The notes under the pieces are model-generated. The model did no database searches. It was not told where the DNA came from and saw only the letters and a program-made list of their open reading frames with translations. A stretch of 64,000 nt of DNA from Megasphaera sp. (GTDB taxonomy: Bacteria; Bacillota; Negativicutes; Veillonellales; Megasphaeraceae), in NCBI GenBank assembly GCA_022641375.1, contig JALCDF010000003.1, forward strand, positions 363-64,362, in the 5' to 3' direction. The translations under genes and the position numbers were made by a program. Within the stretch, counting starts at the first letter, position 1; each line of letters starts with the position of its first letter. Shown in pieces: positions 34,270-43,750 of this stretch.

Positions 34270-36309
34270 TCAATTACTTAACAGGCCTTCAAACGTCCGA
34301 CCAAAGCGGTGTTGTAATGCGGTCAGTACTACTATTTTGTCAAAAGAACCTTTTAAATACTCCGCAGCTTCATGACGGGCAGCTATGACTAGAGACACAT
34401 CATTGATAATATCCGCCGCTTTTAGATCCGGCAAACCATGCTGGGCATACCCAAACAAATGTCCCGAACCACGCAGCAATAAATCCTTTTCAGCCAGGAC
34501 AAACCCATCATGGATTGTTTCCATCCATTTCAGCCGCTGCCGTGTCTCTTCAGAACCGCCTTTAGCCAACAGGATGCAGTACGCCTGCTGGCTGCCACGC
34601 CCAACACGTCCCCGCAATTGGTGAAGCTGAGCCAGGCCGAATCGTTCCGCACCGTCGATGAGCATCAGCGTAGCATTTGGCACATTTACCCCCACTTCAA
34701 TAACGCTCGTTGCCACTAAAAGCTGAATATCACCCTGTTGGAACGATTCCATGACAGATGCCTTATCCTTCCCATTCATCCTGCCGTGGATGAGGCCACA
34801 GCGGCGATTTTTAAAAATCCCCTGCTGAAGTTGTTCATACAAATCCGTAGCTGCCTGCAAGTCTATGGTCTCTGATTCTTCCACTAACGGACAGACAACA
34901 TAACACTGCTGTCCCTTAGCCATCAGTTTTTCCATAAAAGAATAAATGCGCTGTCGCATCGGTTCACCAACCGCATATGTTTTAACAATTTTTCGTCCCG
35001 GCGGCAGTTCATGGATAGAAGATACATCAAGGTCTCCATACACCGACAATGCCAGCGTCCGGGGAATGGGCGTCGCCGTCAAAAACAGCGAATGAGGTGC
35101 CTGGCCTTTGCTCTGTAAAGCGGCCCGCTGGCGTACACCGAACCGATGCTGTTCATCGGTTACTACCAACCCTAAATCCGCAAAAACGACATCTTTTTGA
35201 ATCAGGGCATGGGTGCCGATCAGGATCTGGATACTGCCATCCTTTAATTTTTCCAGCAGGAGCTGGCGTTCTTTGGCTGTAACATGCCCGGTCAACAGAG
35301 CTATCTGTACCGGAAGTCCCTGAAATAATTGGGTGAATGCTTCATAATGCTGTGTTGCCAGGATTTCCGTCGGGGCCATGAGGGCTCCCTGATAGCCATT
35401 TTCCACGATTTTCGCCAAAGCCATGGCTGCTACAACCGTCTTCCCGGAACCGACATCCCCCTGAATCAGGCGCTGCATGGGCACTTCACTTTCCATATCA
35501 TTCTGGATATCTAAAAAAGCTGCGGTCTGTCCCCGTGTCAACGTAAAGGGCAGCTTCCCCAGCAATCGTTTAAGCAGGTTTCCATTGGGCCCGCATTTAA
35601 TACCTCTGCGTATCCCCTCATAACGACGCCGCAGCAACAATCCCAGCTGCATATCGAACAACTCTTCGAAAGCCAATTGGCGCCGCGCCTGCTGCTGTTT
35701 TTTCATATTTTCCGGAAAATGCATGGCTTCATAGGCATCTTGAGACGGCATTGTAGAATATCCGTACTGCCGGGCTCCTGCCCATCCCGGCAATACTTCC
35801 GGCTGCCGGGATGCCAAATCCAAAGCATGGCGGACGGCCTTGCGCACATCTGACTGGTACAACCCATCCGTAAGGCCGTATACGGGCATGAATCCACCGG
35901 CAGTCACCCGTCCTGGTTCTGTCTCAGGACTATTCATCTGGCGATGGCCGTATGCCCATTCCATACGGCCAAAGACAGTCCATTCCCTGCCCTTTTTAAA
36001 AAATCGTTTTTTAAAAGGCTGATTGAACCAAATCAAATCCACTGCGCCGCTATCATCTGCAACGGTTACTTTGAGGATCGACATCCCCCGCCTCGGCCGC
36101 AGTTCCTGTATCATAGAAACAGTTCCACAAATCAAAACAGGCTGTTCCGCCGGTAATTTGATTTGTCCTATAGGATAGATATGGCTCCTGTCTTCATAGG
36201 CCCTGGGGAAATATTGCAGCAAATCCGATATGGTCTCAATCCCCAGCCTGTTAAAAAGTTTTTCTTTCTGTGTACCTATCCCTTTTAATTCACAAATTGA
36301 AAATTTCAT
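34270..36309 (-). CDS. recG: ATP-dependent DNA helicase RecG
   Basis: QGDVGSGKT, DEQHRFG, TATPIPRTL, QLHQLRGRVGRG. Confidence 0.97.
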   Translation of the reverse strand: MKFSICELKGIGTQKEKLFNRLGIETISDLLQYFPRAYEDRSHIYPIGQIKLPAEQPVLICGTVSMIQELRPRRGMSILKVTVADDSGAVDLIWFNQPFKKRFFKKGREWTVFGRMEWAYGHRQMNSPETEPGRVTAGGFMPVYGLTDGLYQSDVRKAVRHALDLASRQPEVLPGWAGARQYGYSTMPSQDAYEAMHFPENMKKQQQARRQLAFEELFDMQLGLLLRRRYEGIRRGIKCGPNGNLLKRLLGKLPFTLTRGQTAAFLDIQNDMESEVPMQRLIQGDVGSGKTVVAAMALAKIVENGYQGALMAPTEILATQHYEAFTQLFQGLPVQIALLTGHVTAKERQLLLEKLKDGSIQILIGTHALIQKDVVFADLGLVVTDEQHRFGVRQRAALQSKGQAPHSLFLTATPIPRTLALSVYGDLDVSSIHELPPGRKIVKTYAVGEPMRQRIYSFMEKLMAKGQQCYVVCPLVEESETIDLQAATDLYEQLQQGIFKNRRCGLIHGRMNGKDKASVMESFQQGDIQLLVATSVIEVGVNVPNATLMLIDGAERFGLAQLHQLRGRVGRGSQQAYCILLAKGGSEETRQRLKWMETIHDGFVLAEKDLLLRGSGHLFGYAQHGLPDLKAADIINDVSLVIAARHEAAEYLKGSFDKIVVLTALQHRFGRTFEGLLSN

Positions 36310-36441
36310 AAAAACTCCTTGTATTTTTCTTTCATATATTGTATCATATTTTGTATGCTTTTATAAATAAGCCTTGATTTGCTACGACTTTTATGATAAA
36401 ATTTTTATGTTGTACTGTGATGGTGCAGGGAGGTGTAACTA

Positions 36442-36633
36442 ATGGCAAACTATTGCGAAATCTGCGGTAAGGGAACACAAAGCGGCATGAATGTCAGCCA
36501 TTCCCATTTAAAAACGAAAAAAACATGGAAACCGAATATCCAAAGAGTACGTGCTGTCGTAGACGGCGAAGTCAAACGTGTTAACGTTTGCACTCGTTGC
36601 CTTCGTTCTGGCAAAGTACAGCGTGATGTTTAA
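36442..36633 (+). CDS. rpmB: 50S ribosomal protein L28
   Basis: CEICGK...NVSHSH...WKPNIQ...VCTRCLRS; divergent from recG. Confidence 0.98.
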   Translation: MANYCEICGKGTQSGMNVSHSHLKTKKTWKPNIQRVRAVVDGEVKRVNVCTRCLRSGKVQRDV

Positions 36634-36641
36634 TCCCATAT

Positions 36642-36675
36642 AAAAAAAGATGATTCTTTTGAATCATCTTTTTTT
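36642..36675. terminator. Bidirectional terminator (rpmB / three-gene operon)
   Basis: AAAAAAAGATGATTC...GAATCATCTTTTTTT. Confidence 0.85.
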
Positions 36676-36698
36676 ATTACCCTCATTACCCTTTCCTT

Positions 36699-37796
36699 TT
36701 ACAATCCGTCCTGCCCCACTATGTGGTCGGCAAACGCTGCTGCCCGTTCATGGATTTGATTACAACGTAATATGCTTTTAGGTGCATTAGCTGTTTCCAC
36801 TAACGCAAACCGTCCCGGTAAAATAAAATTTTTATTACAATTCATCGCATCTATGATCTGCTCAGCTACAATATCACCACCGCTATATCCGGACACGATA
36901 AGTCCATACACTTTCTTATCCGCAAACGCTTCTCCTTCTTTACGGAACAATGCTGTCAAGCGGTTAATGAACGCTGTGATATTCGCACTGACAGCATCAT
37001 TGTAATTGGGACAAATAAGAACTAATGCATCACACTGCCGTACCGCCGGATACACTTCATCAACCATGACCCCGCCATAAAAGCAGTCTCCTTTTTCACC
37101 AAAATGAAGACAGGCTTCATAACTGCAGCCACGGCAATCAATGACGGATCCGTTACGCAGTGAAATTTCGTTTACCTGCGCCCGATCTCCGATGGACTGG
37201 CGCACCATTTCCCATAATAATAACGTATTTGATGTCTTGCGGCTCGATGCATGCAAAGCAACAATATATGGCTTTTTCCCCTGGGGGAGAGAGCTTTTTT
37301 TTTGCAACATTTTATCCGTGATTTTTAAAATCAGGCGATGCGCACTCTTTTCATACGCTTCGAACGGATGAATCCCCTGCACCATGGCCTGCGTATTAAA
37401 GTTGTATAAAGAACCGGTCGCTTCAACAAGCGGCTTGCCGGGAAATGAACAGCCAGCCCGATTAGCCATGGACACCATTTCACGGCCCACTTTTTTAGTA
37501 AAGAATTCATCGGGGCCATCTATCATGACGCCTCCCCAGCAGCCTTCAAAGCAATGGTCATTTTGGACTAAAAAGCGCAGAAATCTGGCATATGAAGCAG
37601 TAACCCCCCAGAGTGGCAGCGCCACGGCAAAAAGGATCGCCCTTTCCCCCAATTTATACGTATCCAAAAAAGATAGTAACCCATGCATGGTACTATACGA
37701 TTCATGAGGAACTCCATCTAACGCACTGGCAAGAATAGCATCCATACGCCGCGATTGTTCTGATTCGCTCCAACCGATCCGCACTACTGCTAACAT
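36699..37796 (-). CDS. Two-domain flavodoxin-like / NAD(P)H-FMN reductase family protein with 4-Cys motif
   Basis: C-domain ASSRKTSNT FMN-phosphate loop, CRGCSYEACLHFGEKGDC, PNYNDAVSA, SGYSGG; N-domain looks like a degenerate copy. Confidence 0.75.
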   Translation of the reverse strand: MLAVVRIGWSESEQSRRMDAILASALDGVPHESYSTMHGLLSFLDTYKLGERAILFAVALPLWGVTASYARFLRFLVQNDHCFEGCWGGVMIDGPDEFFTKKVGREMVSMANRAGCSFPGKPLVEATGSLYNFNTQAMVQGIHPFEAYEKSAHRLILKITDKMLQKKSSLPQGKKPYIVALHASSRKTSNTLLLWEMVRQSIGDRAQVNEISLRNGSVIDCRGCSYEACLHFGEKGDCFYGGVMVDEVYPAVRQCDALVLICPNYNDAVSANITAFINRLTALFRKEGEAFADKKVYGLIVSGYSGGDIVAEQIIDAMNCNKNFILPGRFALVETANAPKSILRCNQIHERAAAFADHIVGQDGL

Positions 37797-37812
37797 TCCT
37801 ACCGCCTTCTTT

Positions 37813-38787
37813 CTAACGAATATTGCATAAATTGCTATATGATTTAACTAACCGGCTGTATAAGGGCCGACATATCGGTTCGTTTTCATAGATGATACCA
37901 TCCGGTCCCATATAGTTTTTAATGCCAAAATACGCACCCCTGCCGGCACTTCCCAGATAAACGGACCCATAATGCCACTGTCCCCGCAACGTCAGCAGGA
38001 TAGACAATGCTGCCGAAGATAACGAGGGTGCAATATACGGCTTATATCCCAGATCACGTATCGCTATATTTGCATGGATAACCTTCTCTGTCAGCATCCG
38101 TGACAAGGTATCATCATAGTGTATCAAACTGTCCGCAATGACCAGGTCCTGACCATGAGGACCGAAAGCACGTCCTTCCGTAAGATACTGATGTATCCGT
38201 TCATCTCTTTCCGCATAGTAACAGGCCCGGGCATTCATGACTCCCAGCCCATATCCCTGTATCTGTGCCGGATGGCAGCCTGACCTGTCAAGAAAAGCTG
38301 CACATAACGGATCTACCGGGTCGGAAACAATGCATACCAACCCCTTATACGATGACTGGCGGGCTAAGGCCGCAAAATGGCCGATAAGGTTCCGGTTTGC
38401 TTCGAGTTGAGCCATACGCACATCGCCTTGCGCCCCCAGGGGAGGAACCCCCTTACTGGCGCAAAAAACGAATACGTCGCAATCAAATAACTGCGCTTCA
38501 TCAATACAATCCACCGGCGGCAACGGCAGATAAGTTCCCCCAAAGGGATACCGGATCTGATTTATTTCCATTTCCAGCCGTTGTGTATTTTGTTTATTAA
38601 TATCACAAATGCCGATAGAACGGATAACATCTCCCCCCAGGAGCCGCAAGCCAATGAGCATCGTCGTGCCCACATCACCCAGCGCCAGGATATGGACCCG
38701 GGCCGGCTTCCGTATCGGATTATGATCTAATGGCAGACCTGCTGTTCCCAATTCGTTGGGCAGATTACTGATATAATATGATTTCAT
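37813..38787 (-). CDS. Divergent lactate/malate dehydrogenase-fold protein
   Basis: HILALGDVG Rossmann loop, ICDIN, VRMAQLEAN, VSDPVD, MNAR, GPHG. Confidence 0.75.
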   Translation of the reverse strand: MKSYYISNLPNELGTAGLPLDHNPIRKPARVHILALGDVGTTMLIGLRLLGGDVIRSIGICDINKQNTQRLEMEINQIRYPFGGTYLPLPPVDCIDEAQLFDCDVFVFCASKGVPPLGAQGDVRMAQLEANRNLIGHFAALARQSSYKGLVCIVSDPVDPLCAAFLDRSGCHPAQIQGYGLGVMNARACYYAERDERIHQYLTEGRAFGPHGQDLVIADSLIHYDDTLSRMLTEKVIHANIAIRDLGYKPYIAPSLSSAALSILLTLRGQWHYGSVYLGSAGRGAYFGIKNYMGPDGIIYENEPICRPLYSRLVKSYSNLCNIR

Positions 38788-38808
38788 GAAACATCCTCCC
38801 CCTGCACT

Positions 38809-41800
38809 TTATCTATCCATGCGGTCCGACGACGGGGCCGAATCCATTTCTCCCCAACGCAGCCGCACCAGCCGTTCGATATCATTTTTGATGAACCGCA
38901 CGGGATCCATGTTCTCATCAAATTTAACTCCCACATCGATATCGGGAATACGGGGATATGTAATGACTTCGCCGAGGCGTTTCAACGTAAGACGCCGTTC
39001 ATACGTTTCCTGATACACATCCTGCAACGTTTCCATGATAAGAGCCGCATTCTGCAGGCAGACCAGGGAATACACAAAATCGGTTTCTTCACTGCCGTTG
39101 CCAATAAATGCCGGTTTAACATAGGGTAAAACGAGATTGATGGACGGGTTGGAATCATACCCGCTGTAATTATTCGCATTATCCATGCTGTCACCGCCAA
39201 TAAAGGGATAGCAATCCCGTTCATTGAGCCAAACTTCCAAGGTCGGCAAAAAATAGGCACTTTCTGTCTTAATATTTTTTTCTGCCATCATATCCATCGC
39301 CTGTCCCGTCATGACACCGACGAGTACTTCTTTGATGTTGACATCATTTTTCTTTAAATACGGTGTCAGCATATTCATACGGTGCCCTTTATGAAGCAAA
39401 TCATCAATCAGTATAACCGGGCGATTAAAAGATTTTATCATCTTGACCTGATTTTCTACTGAAGAATAATGATGAGATTCGGCAATCGTAAAACCCTTGA
39501 CCGAGCGGTTAAAGTATTTATCGATATGCAGTGTCTTGGTCACCGTATTGGGTACCAGCACATCACTGAGTGCTTTGCCAAACGGAACCGACATATATGG
39601 CCCCCGCCGCTTCTTTTTATCTTCGACAGTAGATACGCCATTGATTTCTGCCACTTTGTTGATAATTTTATTGTGAACAGCACTCATATTGAACGACAAC
39701 AGCAATTTCCCGGGATAAATATAATTCATGACTGACAATAAATTATCATGAGCCAAATCCAACGCATCCCGGACACGACGATTTTTGTTAAAAGGATTCT
39801 TGATGATTGTTTCTACATCACGGAAAATAACCACCGGTGATTTCATATTCACGGCATACAGAGGATGTGCTGCCCCTCTGGGTGCGATATTGACAAACCC
39901 CTGCATCTGCAAGGCATTGATTATCTTCGTATCATAGCCGCCTTCATCTACCGGTTTGTAAACAACATATGCAAAATCCCGGCCGATAAGTTCCGTCAGC
40001 ACTTCGGTAATCACGATTTGACTGACGTTAGCAATACCGGCATTATCATCGACATACAGAAAGCCGATGCAGGCAACGCTGCCGCCGGCAGCCTCACGAA
40101 TATGGGCTGCTACTTCAGAATCACCGAACTCACTGAGCAATTGCCGCGTGCCGATGCGATGAACCGCAGCATACGCAATCATTTCCTTATGCTGCCCCGC
40201 ATCATCGACATACAGTGTCCATACCCCTTCTCGTTCGATATAGCGATCCAGGATATCCGTATTATACCCTTTATCCCACAAAGTACCGCAAACAGGCCAT
40301 AAGCTTTCCGCACCACGGGGTTTAAAAGCACCGATACCAATTTCCCGTGCTTCCAGTACATGCTTATACGCCGGTTCTCGTAAATAAAGATTATTATCAT
40401 AAATAAAATTTTGGGCTACTGCATCGATAAGATTAGAAATATCCCTGTTCAAATCAATATTTTCACGAATTTTTGTCGAACTGATATCTTCATAAAATTT
40501 ATCCAGTGTCAGGCGAATAACATTTGCCTGGATATGGTATCCCGCTTCATCGCTGCCTTCCCTGTCGCCTTCACTCGTTTCTCGGGCAAAGGCAATATGA
40601 TTCACCGTATGAATGGAATTTTCTGTCGGCTCACTTGTATATGCCGATGCATGGGCAATCACATCCGTCCCGACAGCAATATACAAATCCTTGCCTTCAA
40701 AAATGTCTTTGAGACGTTTCACATCAGCCGGATTGGCGATATTCACAGGAATATCGTCTGGGAACGGATACATGTCTTCTTCGTCAGCCACGGACATATT
40801 CATGATTTTGCGCCGCATCAGCCGCGGCTGCGTGTGTTTGGACCAGGAAAACTCATCCAGGGCCAGATACACATCAAATCCTAAATCACGAATTTTTCTG
40901 GCAACGGCCTTATGCCCCAGACTAAACGGGTCAAAGGTTCCCGGATAAAAACAAGCCTTATTCCTGGCCGGGAAATTGAAATCGCCCGTTTCAAACTGAT
41001 GGCAGCTGATATACCGGTACATATGATTCAATACAGCCGCATTACTATAGAAGTCAAGCAGTCCTTCGGCACTTTCGTCAAGGAGAACCAGTAATTTTTT
41101 ATAACAATGCATAAACAAGAAATCTTTTCGTTCCATCGACATCACCGGACTATTGAATATGAAACGTCCGATATTGCGAAATGCATCCCGGCTTAATTCC
41201 TTGTCATAATGCGCATAGGCTTTAATGATGATATAAAGAAGACGTCGTTGACGCTTTTCATTATTACCATCCTCACTGCCGAATTTACAGGCAAATTCAT
41301 CGAAGTTTTCTAAAATAACCCCAACCGTATGCACCATGGAAGATGCCAGCGCAATATTCACGGTCATGATCTGCGCTTCCATCGTGGCTACAAATTCATC
41401 AAATTCCTGGACAGGAAGTTTTAAAATCATACGTCCCAAAAAATCTGGTACATACTTAGAAATTTGCGGGTCGCCTATTTCCAAGCCATTAAATAATTCT
41501 ACCGCTAATTCATTGCGCTGGGAATATGTCATATATTCAGCAATAGCCAGCAAACTAGCCCCGGCAGTCTGGCGAACGGAGATGGTCTCACTGACTTTAA
41601 GTAAATTAGTCAAATGCATGCCCAGGTGCATGACAGATCCGACATCACTTTTTTTATCCATATAATGCAACATAATTTCGATATTGGCAACTTTAACGAT
41701 CCAATGCGTTCCCATCTTAAGGTCATCAAGGAATAAATTCCCTACCCGGTTGACAAATGATTTGCGATCTGTCGGCAAAGACATAAGCGTCAGTAAATCC

Positions 41801-43662
41801 TGATAATATATGTCATCACCATACCCATCCATGAGATGACGGGCACAGCGTAAAGCCGCTACCCTGACGGGCAATTCCGATGCATCAGCAGCCGCCTGAA
41901 TAAACGACCCGGCCGTTTCCATAAATGTATCATCAATATAGGACCGATCTATATCCATCAGGGTTTTTAACAAAATAATACAGCGTTCCGTCGGATAGTC
42001 CGTATTTCTATAATATTGACGCAATTCTTTCAAATCTTGTTGTTGATCCGGCAAGGAAGCGCCTGCTAATGCTGCCTTAACAAAAAAGCTCAGACAATAC
42101 CCTATCCATATCTTATGCTGCTCCGTATAACGCAAATCCGGATGAATGATCATAGCTGTATAACGGGCAAACAACGATCTGCTGGTAACCGTCCGGGAAG
42201 GCAGAGAAACTCCTTTGGGCAGTTCTTTTGTATAGCGATCATTAAAATCAGCAACGATATGCCCCATGAGCAACGCTGCCTGAATACGGATATCCCCTTC
42301 TTTATGGGACAATAGTTCATAAAGAAATTTCAACGTCATCAGTTTTTGATGTTCTGTCATATACGTAGAATATTCTTCGAAAATGCTAATATATGTCCGC
42401 ACATCCTTCCAGCGTCGTTCGCTGCGGGCCGCTTCAATAAGATTGCCAAAATCACTTTCATCGCGAAAAATACTCATCAGGCGGATATTGTGATCAATAG
42501 CCGCATATTTCAGCTGATCTACAACATCCTCTCTTTCCAGGAGAACTTTTTCTTTGTGAATATAGAAGGGAACATGGTGAGGCGATTCGGCAAAATCTGC
42601 CGGTAATTCGGTAACAACACCTAATTCTTTCATGAAATCTTCAAAATCGGCCAATTTTTCATATACTTTTTGATACCGTTGCTTTTTGGTTTCATCCACA
42701 TTATCAAGTTTCCCCAGAATCACATCAAATGCCTGCGCAAGTGAATAAAAATGGACCACTTCGGCTCCGGTTACCGACCGAGTGCTTTTTACCCGAAAAT
42801 CAGCATAAATAAGCAATAGTGATTCAACAGACAAATTTTCTAATTCCAAATCCCACACAGAATGATTGGCAGCAATGTGCCCGATAGACGGCAAGCCGAC
42901 ACGTTGACAGCATATCCCCGTGTAATAATAATGCAAATAGGGCACTCTTTTTTCTTCATTCTTTTTGCAGCCATATTTACCTATGTCATGACAAGCTGCC
43001 GCTCCGGAAATCAATGCCAAATCCACGGGAACACCAGCTTTGTACAATTGCCTGGCAACATACATCGCTACATAATGGACACCGCCGACATGTCCCAACG
43101 TATTAAATGGCGTAATATCAATGCCTATACGCATGAGCTCATATATATATTGAGCCGCAATAAGGTGGCGCATATGCAGATATTCCCGGCCACATCCCTG
43201 GGAAGCAGCAGCTTCTTCATTCAACAGCCGCATCGTCCGTGTCGGATCAAACGGAAGAATTTTATTTTCAAAATGAAACAATCCCCGCAAAATCTGCAAG
43301 AATATTGCCGCACCCAATTTTTTTTGGGACAGTTCTCTTTTTTCGACTTCATTATTACTTCCACCGGATGGAACAGGAAAAAGCCGCCTCAATATTTTAT
43401 GATAACAATATGCCGGCCATCCTTCGGACGGTTCATCATGCAGACAGGCAATATAGGCCTTGGCCAATTGGCATACTTGCTGTGTTTGGAAGCGGGCACC
43501 AGGATTACGGCTGGCTGCCAAACGGGATGCTAATATACGGATACGGTTTTCACGAATAAACACGGCCATATCTTCTTCATCAAATCCTGCCATGCCAAGA
43601 AAACGACGGTCCTCTAATGCCTTGCATATTTCTTTAAATACTGCCTCTTTTTCATTTCCCAT
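38809..43662 (-). CDS. Large multidomain protein (~1617 aa): HD domain, HEAT-like repeats, NadD-like nucleotidyltransferase, GNAT-like region, PRTase
   Basis: H...ACHDIGK...H...NH...YAD; FYPGTFDPFSLGH, VGTD, ISSTKIR; RPVILIDDLLHKG; start at MGNEK behind GGGGTG. Confidence 0.8.
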   Translation of the reverse strand: MGNEKEAVFKEICKALEDRRFLGMAGFDEEDMAVFIRENRIRILASRLAASRNPGARFQTQQVCQLAKAYIACLHDEPSEGWPAYCYHKILRRLFPVPSGGSNNEVEKRELSQKKLGAAIFLQILRGLFHFENKILPFDPTRTMRLLNEEAAASQGCGREYLHMRHLIAAQYIYELMRIGIDITPFNTLGHVGGVHYVAMYVARQLYKAGVPVDLALISGAAACHDIGKYGCKKNEEKRVPYLHYYYTGICCQRVGLPSIGHIAANHSVWDLELENLSVESLLLIYADFRVKSTRSVTGAEVVHFYSLAQAFDVILGKLDNVDETKKQRYQKVYEKLADFEDFMKELGVVTELPADFAESPHHVPFYIHKEKVLLEREDVVDQLKYAAIDHNIRLMSIFRDESDFGNLIEAARSERRWKDVRTYISIFEEYSTYMTEHQKLMTLKFLYELLSHKEGDIRIQAALLMGHIVADFNDRYTKELPKGVSLPSRTVTSRSLFARYTAMIIHPDLRYTEQHKIWIGYCLSFFVKAALAGASLPDQQQDLKELRQYYRNTDYPTERCIILLKTLMDIDRSYIDDTFMETAGSFIQAAADASELPVRVAALRCARHLMDGYGDDIYYQDLLTLMSLPTDRKSFVNRVGNLFLDDLKMGTHWIVKVANIEIMLHYMDKKSDVGSVMHLGMHLTNLLKVSETISVRQTAGASLLAIAEYMTYSQRNELAVELFNGLEIGDPQISKYVPDFLGRMILKLPVQEFDEFVATMEAQIMTVNIALASSMVHTVGVILENFDEFACKFGSEDGNNEKRQRRLLYIIIKAYAHYDKELSRDAFRNIGRFIFNSPVMSMERKDFLFMHCYKKLLVLLDESAEGLLDFYSNAAVLNHMYRYISCHQFETGDFNFPARNKACFYPGTFDPFSLGHKAVARKIRDLGFDVYLALDEFSWSKHTQPRLMRRKIMNMSVADEEDMYPFPDDIPVNIANPADVKRLKDIFEGKDLYIAVGTDVIAHASAYTSEPTENSIHTVNHIAFARETSEGDREGSDEAGYHIQANVIRLTLDKFYEDISSTKIRENIDLNRDISNLIDAVAQNFIYDNNLYLREPAYKHVLEAREIGIGAFKPRGAESLWPVCGTLWDKGYNTDILDRYIEREGVWTLYVDDAGQHKEMIAYAAVHRIGTRQLLSEFGDSEVAAHIREAAGGSVACIGFLYVDDNAGIANVSQIVITEVLTELIGRDFAYVVYKPVDEGGYDTKIINALQMQGFVNIAPRGAAHPLYAVNMKSPVVIFRDVETIIKNPFNKNRRVRDALDLAHDNLLSVMNYIYPGKLLLSFNMSAVHNKIINKVAEINGVSTVEDKKKRRGPYMSVPFGKALSDVLVPNTVTKTLHIDKYFNRSVKGFTIAESHHYSSVENQVKMIKSFNRPVILIDDLLHKGHRMNMLTPYLKKNDVNIKEVLVGVMTGQAMDMMAEKNIKTESAYFLPTLEVWLNERDCYPFIGGDSMDNANNYSGYDSNPSINLVLPYVKPAFIGNGSEETDFVYSLVCLQNAALIMETLQDVYQETYERRLTLKRLGEVITYPRIPDIDVGVKFDENMDPVRFIKNDIERLVRLRWGEMDSAPSSDRMDR

Positions 43663-43710
43663 GGTTTTCACCCCGTAACGATACCATCCAACACACTCAA
43701 GGCCTATTTC

Positions 43711-43737
43711 AAAAAAAGACGCCAATGGCGTCTTTTT
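43711..43737 (-). terminator. Terminator-like hairpin after the PSRP gene
   Basis: AAAAAGACGCCA/TGGCGTCTTTTT. Confidence 0.75.
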
Positions 43738-43750
43738 ATACCATCTGTTT

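Noticed and set aside
43663-43725. N-terminal 21-aa extension of the giant ORF in the ORF track
   Set aside because: Starts at a TTG inside the terminator hairpin; the ATG at 43662 has a proper RBS
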